Assembly (NCBI GenBank): GCA_019912965.1
Contig: JAIOHM010000159.1
Location: 55,650 to 119,649 of the forward strand
DNA: 64,000 nt
Direction: 5' to 3'
Source: Anaerolineae bacterium
GTDB taxonomy: Bacteria; Chloroflexota; Anaerolineae; Aggregatilineales; Phototrophicaceae
Position numbers and translations under genes: made by a program. The notes below the pieces were generated by a model. It ran no database searches. It had not been told where the DNA came from and saw only the letters and a list, made by a program, of their open reading frames with translations. This document shows positions 57,386-64,000 of the stretch, one piece after another. Within the stretch, counting starts at the first letter, position 1. The number at the start of each line of letters is the position of its first letter.

Positions 57386-59809
57386 ATGAGTGATACCAAC
57401 ATCGCGTATTGCGTAAAATGTAAAGCCAAACGGGAGATTGCCAACCCACAGGCAGTCTATACCGAAAACGGCACGCCCGGAACGCGCGGCGTCTGCTCAG
57501 TCTGTGGGACGAATCTGTTTCGCATGGGTGCAACAGAAGCCCATGCATCACTCACCAAACCCGCACGTACAGCAAGCAAAACGCGCAAAAAGACCAAGGC
57601 TAAAACCGCTAAAAAAGCCGAAAAGAAACTCGCTCCACCCAAAAAGCGGACGGGCGGTAAACTGGTGATTGTCGAATCGCCTGCCAAAGCCCGCAGTGTT
57701 GGCAACTTTCTGGGCAAGGGATATACGGTAAAAGCCTCCAAAGGTCATGTACGTGATCTGTTGGTCACGCAGCTTTCGGTTGATGTACAAAACAACTTTG
57801 AGCCAAAATACCGTGTTCCCAACGACAAACGTGATACCGTAATTGACCTCAAGAATGCGGTCGATAGCGCCAGCGAAATCTATCTTGCAACCGACCCCGA
57901 CCGCGAAGGGGAAGCCATTGCATGGCATCTCATCGCGGCCACCGATCTGAACGAAAAACTCGCTAAACGGGTGGTTTTCCACGAAATTACCAAGCCAGCT
58001 ATTCAAGAAGCCTTTTCGCATCCACGCGATCTGGACATGAATCTGGTGAATGCCCAGCAGGCGCGCCGCATTCTTGACCGTCTGGTAGGTTATAACATCA
58101 CCGAATTGCTCTGGGAAAAAGTCCGCAATCAGCTTTCCGCTGGTCGTGTACAGAGCATCGCCGTCCGGTTGGTCGTTGACCGCGAACGTGAAATCGAAGC
58201 CTTTTTCCCCGAAGAATACTGGACGCTGGATGCCCGTCTGCGAAAGCATCAGAATAACGGTAGCCACACCGAAAAATCATTCATCGCCCGCCTTGTGAAA
58301 TATCAGGGGAAGGACATAAAACTGGGCGTAGAAGGTGATGTGACACCACATCTACCTGTGCTGAAAAAAAGCCAGTTCATCGTAACCGAAGTCAAACACG
58401 GCACACGTCAGCGCAAACCCTCTGCGCCCTTCACCACCAGTACACTTCAACAGGAAGCCTCCCGGCGCCTTGGCTACAACGCCCGCCGTACAATGACAAT
58501 TGCCCAGCAGCTTTATGAAGGTATCGACATTGGCAAAGGGAATGTAGTGGGTTTAATTACCTACATGCGTACCGATAGCACCCAGGTTTCCGAACAAGCG
58601 CAGACGGAATCCCGCAACTTTATCCATACCCGCTTTGGGGCAGACTATCATCCAGCGCGTCCGCCGCGTTATGTAACCAAAACCAAAGGCGCACAGGAAG
58701 CCCATGAGGCCATCCGCCCAACCAGCGTCCTGCGTGAACCCGAACAGCTCAAAAATGTCCTGACGCGCGACCAGTTCAAGCTGTATATGCTTATCTGGCA
58801 GCGTTTCCTCGCCAGCCAGATGGCGAATGCCGTCTACAATACCCTGAGAGTCGATATTGACGCGGGGCCAACACCCAAAGAAATGCCCTATGCTTTCCGT
58901 GTCGCAGGCAGCACCATCAAATTTCAGGGCTTCTTGGTACTGTACGAAGATGCGCGCGACGAAGACCTTGCGCCCGACGAGGACGAAGGCCGCATCCTGC
59001 CAGAACTTAAAGCTGGAGACTCGCTCGACTTGATGGCGCTGCTGCCCGAACAACACTTCACACAGCCCCCGCCGCGTTACACCGAAGCCAGCTTGGTACG
59101 CACTCTCGAAGAGTATGGCATTGGCCGTCCCAGCACCTACGCGCCAACCGTAGCCACCATTCAGGATCGGGAGTACATCGAAAAACAGGATAAACGGCTG
59201 ATCCCCAGCGAAACAGGCAAAATCGTCAACGATATGCTGGTGAAATATTTCCCGGACGTGATGGACTATCAATTCACAGCCCGCATGGAAGACCAGCTTG
59301 ACACCATTGCTGAAGGCCATCTGGAATGGCGTCCTATGCTGCGCGAGTTCTATGAACCCTTTGAAAAACAAATCACGATTGCTCGTGAGCAAATGCCGCA
59401 GGTACGTCAGGAAGAAACCATCGGGCGGGACTGCCCCGAATCCGGGCATCCACTGGTCATCCGTTATGGACGCTTCGGCAAATTCATCGGCTGTTCCAAC
59501 TACCCGGAATGTCGTTACACTGAACCCTGGCTCGACCGGATGAACATCGCCTGCCCCGTATGCGGTAAAACACATGGCGGCGAAATCATTGCCCGCAAGT
59601 CACGCAAGGGGCGGGTATTCTATGGATGCTTACGCTACCCGGAATGTGAATTCACCAGTTGGAAGCGTCCACTACCACAGCCCTGCCCCAATTGCGGCAA
59701 TTTGCTAGTTGAACAAAACAAAACAACCGCTCAATGTACCGTTTGCGCCCATACCTATCAGATGGATGAACTGCCAGAAGTAGCCGTTGAACCCGTCTCA
59801 ATGGGATAA
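57386..59809 (+). CDS. topA: DNA topoisomerase I with extra N-terminal Cys-rich domain
   Basis: IVESPAK, ATDPDREGEAI, SAGRVQS, LITYMRTDS (catalytic Tyr), GIGRPSTY, C-terminal Zn ribbons. Confidence 0.97.
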   Translation: MSDTNIAYCVKCKAKREIANPQAVYTENGTPGTRGVCSVCGTNLFRMGATEAHASLTKPARTASKTRKKTKAKTAKKAEKKLAPPKKRTGGKLVIVESPAKARSVGNFLGKGYTVKASKGHVRDLLVTQLSVDVQNNFEPKYRVPNDKRDTVIDLKNAVDSASEIYLATDPDREGEAIAWHLIAATDLNEKLAKRVVFHEITKPAIQEAFSHPRDLDMNLVNAQQARRILDRLVGYNITELLWEKVRNQLSAGRVQSIAVRLVVDREREIEAFFPEEYWTLDARLRKHQNNGSHTEKSFIARLVKYQGKDIKLGVEGDVTPHLPVLKKSQFIVTEVKHGTRQRKPSAPFTTSTLQQEASRRLGYNARRTMTIAQQLYEGIDIGKGNVVGLITYMRTDSTQVSEQAQTESRNFIHTRFGADYHPARPPRYVTKTKGAQEAHEAIRPTSVLREPEQLKNVLTRDQFKLYMLIWQRFLASQMANAVYNTLRVDIDAGPTPKEMPYAFRVAGSTIKFQGFLVLYEDARDEDLAPDEDEGRILPELKAGDSLDLMALLPEQHFTQPPPRYTEASLVRTLEEYGIGRPSTYAPTVATIQDREYIEKQDKRLIPSETGKIVNDMLVKYFPDVMDYQFTARMEDQLDTIAEGHLEWRPMLREFYEPFEKQITIAREQMPQVRQEETIGRDCPESGHPLVIRYGRFGKFIGCSNYPECRYTEPWLDRMNIACPVCGKTHGGEIIARKSRKGRVFYGCLRYPECEFTSWKRPLPQPCPNCGNLLVEQNKTTAQCTVCAHTYQMDELPEVAVEPVSMG

Positions 59810-59903
59810 TTGTCCGGGCGTTGTTGCATTACTGAAAATTCCGGTACAATAGATTTGTCCCGGACGGAATCGGGTCGTTACTGACACATTGAAAGGCAGC
59901 ACT

Positions 59904-61235
59904 ATGATCGGGAAAATCCGAGATACAGCGATTGGCTTATGGCCGGTGCTGAAGCCCTACGTCCCCAAAACCGGACTTATCATTGCGGTTGTACTGGCTT
60001 TCCTGGTGGGGTTGATTTGGGGTTACGGCCTTGACCCTATACAGTACTACAATGGCGATCCGAGCGAGATGGGACAAACTTGGCAGGACGAGTGGGTGCG
60101 GTTGGTAGCAGACCGTTATCAGGCAGCAGCCCAGACTTCCATCCCCACTCCGGAATTCAGAAACAGCATTGTCGCGCTCTTACGCAGCGTTGATAATCCG
60201 ACCGAAATTGTCACCCGCCTCGGCCTGACCGATTTGACCGAACTGGCCGCAGAAGCCCAGCAGGGTTCACCCGTTGCGCCGCAGCCCAACATCTTGGCAA
60301 CCATCCGTCCTTGGATACTTGGCCCACTGCTGGTGGTACTTGGTTTCGTTGTGGGTTCACTCCTGTTTGGCTTTTACTTCAGTCCACTGGTAATTGAACC
60401 CATCCGCAAGCGACTGCGCGGCGCACGTGGCACGGATGCTGCCGCTGCGGGCAAGATTGACGACATCAAAAAAGCCCGTCAGATGGTCAAGGACATGAAC
60501 ACGCAGGATGCAGCAGGCCCGGCCAGCGATCTCGGCAAGCCCGTTGTGACTCATGTTTCCATCTACACCCCCGGACGCGCTTACGATGACTCCTTCAGCA
60601 TCGAAGACGCTGCCAAAGATGACGAATTTCTCGGTGAGTGTGGCGTGGTCATTTCGGAAACCATCGGCACAGGCACACCAGAAAAAGTGACAGCTATTGA
60701 ACTCTGGCTGTTCGATAAAGAAGATTTCGTGCGGACGTTGACGACGGTAATCGTCTCGGATCATGCCTATAATGATCCGGCTATCCGCTCAAAGTTGGAA
60801 ACCAAAGGTGAATTGGTCATCGCCAAACCCGGCGCAATCGCTACGTTGGAAACCAACACCCTGATTTTGCAAGCACAGATTGTGGATATGGCCTATGGCA
60901 ACGGTGATCTGCCACCCAACAGCTACTTCCAGAAAATGACCATCAGGCTTATGGCTTATCGCCGCGCACCCGGCAGCGCACCTGTTGCCGCGTCTGTACC
61001 AGCAGTCCCGGACTATACACCACTGCCTGCTCAGACCTATGCACCACCGCCCGCAGCCCCGGTATATACACCACCTGCGCCTACCTATACACCGCCAACG
61101 CCGCTGCCACCCAATCCGCCGCAGGCTGCGCCACCTGCCTATGGGGGCGGAATAACCCCGCTGAATCCACCGCCACCACGCCGAACGGACGACGATCCAT
61201 TCGGTGGAACCGGGGACTTCACACCCATCAACTGA
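59904..61235 (+). CDS. Hypothetical membrane protein with beta-rich domain and Pro-rich tail
   Basis: Long ORF with two TM segments and its own candidate -10 (TACAAT 59845) and terminator; no recognised family. Confidence 0.8.
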   Translation: MIGKIRDTAIGLWPVLKPYVPKTGLIIAVVLAFLVGLIWGYGLDPIQYYNGDPSEMGQTWQDEWVRLVADRYQAAAQTSIPTPEFRNSIVALLRSVDNPTEIVTRLGLTDLTELAAEAQQGSPVAPQPNILATIRPWILGPLLVVLGFVVGSLLFGFYFSPLVIEPIRKRLRGARGTDAAAAGKIDDIKKARQMVKDMNTQDAAGPASDLGKPVVTHVSIYTPGRAYDDSFSIEDAAKDDEFLGECGVVISETIGTGTPEKVTAIELWLFDKEDFVRTLTTVIVSDHAYNDPAIRSKLETKGELVIAKPGAIATLETNTLILQAQIVDMAYGNGDLPPNSYFQKMTIRLMAYRRAPGSAPVAASVPAVPDYTPLPAQTYAPPPAAPVYTPPAPTYTPPTPLPPNPPQAAPPAYGGGITPLNPPPPRRTDDDPFGGTGDFTPIN

Positions 61236-61240
61236 AAATG

Positions 61241-61270
61241 AAAACGCCCCATGTCTTACGGGGCGTTTTT
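61241..61270. terminator. Bidirectional Rho-independent terminator
   Basis: AAAACGCCCC/GGGGCGTTTT between convergent genes. Confidence 0.85.
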
Positions 61271-61284
61271 GATTCGAAGTTAAA

Positions 61285-61752
61285 TTACTTGATACGCTTG
61301 ATCTTAAAAGTGATCTCACCGCCAGGAGTTTTCACGCGCACTTTTTCGCCCTTTTTGTGCCCCAGCAAAGCCGCACCAATCGGGCTTTCATGCGAGATTT
61401 TGCCCTCGCGTGGATTTGCTTCTGCCGCGCCAACGATGAAGTAGGTTTCATCCTCACCACCGCCATCTTCGACAATCGTTACCTCTGATCCCAATCGAAC
61501 CTCATCTGTAGAACCATCATTGGTAATGATGACAGCCGCCCGCAGCACATTTTCAACGTACTGAATACGTCCTTCAAGGAAGGCTTGCTGTTCTTTGGCG
61601 TCGTGATAATCTGCGTTTTCCTTCAAATCGCCTTCCGCGACAGCTTCCTTCAATTTCTGTGCCAGCGCGGGGCGGCGCACAGTCAGCAGTTCATCCAGCT
61701 CACGCCGTAATTCCTCAGCCCCTTCAGCGGTCAGATAGACTTCATCTGCCAT
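61285..61752 (-). CDS. greA: Transcription elongation factor GreA
   Basis: LTAEG, EGDLKENADY..AKEQQ, IVG..EA.P..GKIS.ESPIG.ALLG. Confidence 0.96.
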   Translation of the reverse strand: MADEVYLTAEGAEELRRELDELLTVRRPALAQKLKEAVAEGDLKENADYHDAKEQQAFLEGRIQYVENVLRAAVIITNDGSTDEVRLGSEVTIVEDGGGEDETYFIVGAAEANPREGKISHESPIGAALLGHKKGEKVRVKTPGGEITFKIKRIK

Positions 61753-61800
61753 CGGTGAACCCTTCTTTCAATAATGAAGATCGAACAAAGAAACAGAGTT

Positions 61801-62643
61801 TTACAATTCCACGAGTTCGCGGCGCCGCTGGCTCGCCAGCGAAAGCACATTCTGGCGGTGTAACTGTTCGACCATGCCATTGAGTAAAATCCGGCTCTTG
61901 CCACACTTTTCAATGTCGATGGCTTCCAGCGCACGTTCCGGGGAACGGGTCGCCAGCGCTGCATCGACCGCATTTCGCAGATTGACGAGGTAATCGACAT
62001 CCGTTTCGATTTTTTCCTCAACCTCGCCGCGCAAAATAATCTCCCCATGTCCTTGAACAACATTCTCAAAATTACCATTTCGAAGACCGTTCAACGACAC
62101 GAGGAAATCATCATAGCTGCCGTCCACAAAGTAGGGAATAGGCATTAGCGTATCCGCTGCAAACAGTACCCGATCTTCCTTGACCAGACACACAATCGAA
62201 TCCTGGCTGTGACCCGGAGTTGCCCAGAGTTGAAATGACTTATTGCCAATATGCAAATGGAGCGGGCCGCCGTCGAATACAATATCGGGCAGTACCAACT
62301 CGACATCACGAAAATCATTTGAGGCAGCTTTAGCCCGTTCCAGACCTGTGCGTCCACGCGTCGTCAGAAGGTCACGGCATTGAGCATGAGCAACTACTCG
62401 CGCACCCTTGAAGAAGCATGTTCCGGTCGAGTGGTCAGCATGATAATGCGTATTGATGATGTACCGCACCGTAGTTCCCAGGCGCGACTCGATGAATCGC
62501 TTCATCGCCAGCGTCTCTTCTGGGTAGGCCAGTGTGTCAATGACCACTGCCCCCTCGCTGGTGATAACGACCCCGGCTGTAACCTGGGCATAAAGATCGC
62601 TGGTAAAAACGTAAATATCGTCGGCGACACGTTCACGCTGCAT
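61801..62643 (-). CDS. MBL-fold metallo-hydrolase (cyclase-like)
   Basis: VVIDT, NTHYHADH, PGHS, AADT, GHG; probable start ATG 62643. Confidence 0.87.
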   Translation of the reverse strand: MQRERVADDIYVFTSDLYAQVTAGVVITSEGAVVIDTLAYPEETLAMKRFIESRLGTTVRYIINTHYHADHSTGTCFFKGARVVAHAQCRDLLTTRGRTGLERAKAASNDFRDVELVLPDIVFDGGPLHLHIGNKSFQLWATPGHSQDSIVCLVKEDRVLFAADTLMPIPYFVDGSYDDFLVSLNGLRNGNFENVVQGHGEIILRGEVEEKIETDVDYLVNLRNAVDAALATRSPERALEAIDIEKCGKSRILLNGMVEQLHRQNVLSLASQRRRELVEL

Positions 62644-62820
62644 AGCCGGATTTAATCCCGTAGGAAATTTGATTCGTTTTGCCAGTATATGCACACGCAA
62701 GAGCAAAATCAAGATTGCACGTAATGGGGTATATAAAAAATAGGACGAACGGCGGTTGTGAGATTGGTTTAGACAGGTACAATGCAATAAGACAGTGATT
62801 CATTATTGGGAGTAAAAGTG

Positions 62821-64000
62821 ATGAAAAAACGGTTTTTAAGTAGCACATTGCTTATCTTCACGCTGGCACTTCTAGCCATGAATATCGTCCGCGCCCAGAC
62901 TCAACCGATATTCCGTATCGGAGTCTTGGACGACGAACGCGGGCCAATCAGTGATGGCGCCCGGCTCGCCGTGCAGGAACTCAATGATGCCGGAGGTGTT
63001 CGGGGTGCGGATGGCACTCAATTCCGGCTGGAATTGGTCATCCAATCCACACAAGGCGGCAAGGATGTTGGCACAGCAGTAGGAAATCTCGGTCAGTCAG
63101 GTGTCATCGCTGTGCTTGGCCCGGCGGACAGCCTTGAGGTCGCCAATAACCTGCCGATTTTGCAGACCCTCAATGTTCCGGTTTTGACGCCCGCGACGGG
63201 CGACACATTGCTGGCGAGCGATAATTCCGGGCGATTGTTCCGCATTCGTTCAGCCGAGGTGTATCAGGGACGCGCCCTCGCCAGCTATCTCGTCACGGAT
63301 CTGCAACTGCGCCGTATCGCTAATGTACAGCTTGAACTGGACATTGACACTGCCGCCAGCATAATCGGTTTTGCCACTGCGGCCTCTGCTTTGGGCGTCA
63401 GCGTCCAGCCCTCGCTTCAGGTACAGCGCGACGAGGATATTCCGCAAATTGTCAACCAGATCACAGTAGCTGATTCGGAAATCGTGGTGACTTATGGCGA
63501 TCCGCAGAGTGCCGCCACGCTCTATACCACCCTGCGTGAAAGCGGTTTTACTGGACTGTTCGCCTATAATCACGTTGATGATCCCATTTTCCGCCAGGGT
63601 GTACCTTTCCAGCAGTTGCGGGACATCGTTTCCACCACCACTTGGCCTTTCACCGCATCCGATGGTGCAGGCATTCGGTTCCGCGATAATTTCATTCGCG
63701 CCTATGGTGAAATCCCCGGCCCAATAGAAGCGGCAGCCTATGATGGTATCATACTGTTGGCCGCTGCTATCAATCTTCCCGGTGAATTAGTAACCAATCT
63801 GTCGCAGTTAGATAATATTCAGGGTGTACAGGGTCTACTGCGCCCAGCCCAGCTTACACGCGGCGAAACCAATACCAACGCTGCCGTTGTGCAGCTTGGC
63901 GCGTTCGGCGCGCCGGAAGTCATGGCACGCTATGAAAATGGGCAAAAGGTCTCGCTGGATGCACCTGTACCAACCCCAACTGTTGCCCCAACCACAACAC
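62821..64000 (+). CDS. Secreted type-1 periplasmic-binding-fold protein, 3'-truncated (absent from ORF track)
   Basis: Hand translation open to window end: MKKRFLSSTLLIFTLALLAMNIVRAQ..FRIGVL..GARLAVQELNDAGGV..AVLGP..LFR..AAYDG..IQGVQG..PVPTPTVAPTT. Confidence 0.85.
   Translation, partial: MKKRFLSSTLLIFTLALLAMNIVRAQTQPIFRIGVLDDERGPISDGARLAVQELNDAGGVRGADGTQFRLELVIQSTQGGKDVGTAVGNLGQSGVIAVLGPADSLEVANNLPILQTLNVPVLTPATGDTLLASDNSGRLFRIRSAEVYQGRALASYLVTDLQLRRIANVQLELDIDTAASIIGFATAASALGVSVQPSLQVQRDEDIPQIVNQITVADSEIVVTYGDPQSAATLYTTLRESGFTGLFAYNHVDDPIFRQGVPFQQLRDIVSTTTWPFTASDGAGIRFRDNFIRAYGEIPGPIEAAAYDGIILLAAAINLPGELVTNLSQLDNIQGVQGLLRPAQLTRGETNTNAAVVQLGAFGAPEVMARYENGQKVSLDAPVPTPTVAPTTT

Noticed and set aside
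58553-59575. 340-aa antisense ORF within topA (also 57548-58267)
   Set aside because: Antisense shadow of topA; no independent coding features.

Overview
Core chromosomal segment of a bacterium. Gene content and order (baseplate-J-like gene in alaS-ruvX-mltG, DUF4397/SH3 proteins, C39-TPR peptidase, FHA-FHA-rodA-pbp cluster, TopA with an N-terminal Cys domain) suggest Chloroflexota, probably Anaerolineae; this is inference. About 60 CDS: translation genes (alaS partial, rpsF-ssb-rpsR, ffh-rpsP-khpA-rimM, greA), NAD/methionine/SAH salvage (pncA-like, pncB, mtnA, mtnP, adenosine-kinase-like, ahcY), a GDP-rhamnose/glycosyltransferase locus, cell-envelope genes, dprA-manC-topA, and a small AraC-regulated accessory block at 9.2-13.6 kb. 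I saw no tRNA, rRNA, CRISPR array, transposase or prophage. Strongest leads: (1) an intact RodA-partner class B PBP that has lost all three catalytic motifs; (2) an orphan membrane-anchored baseplate-J-like gene inside a housekeeping operon with mltG; (3) a probable surface-protein glycosylation system beside DUF4397/SH3 proteins; (4) an orphan CpaF-like ATPase lacking its His box; (5) several structured leader RNAs. All family assignments come from motif recognition by eye, not database searches.
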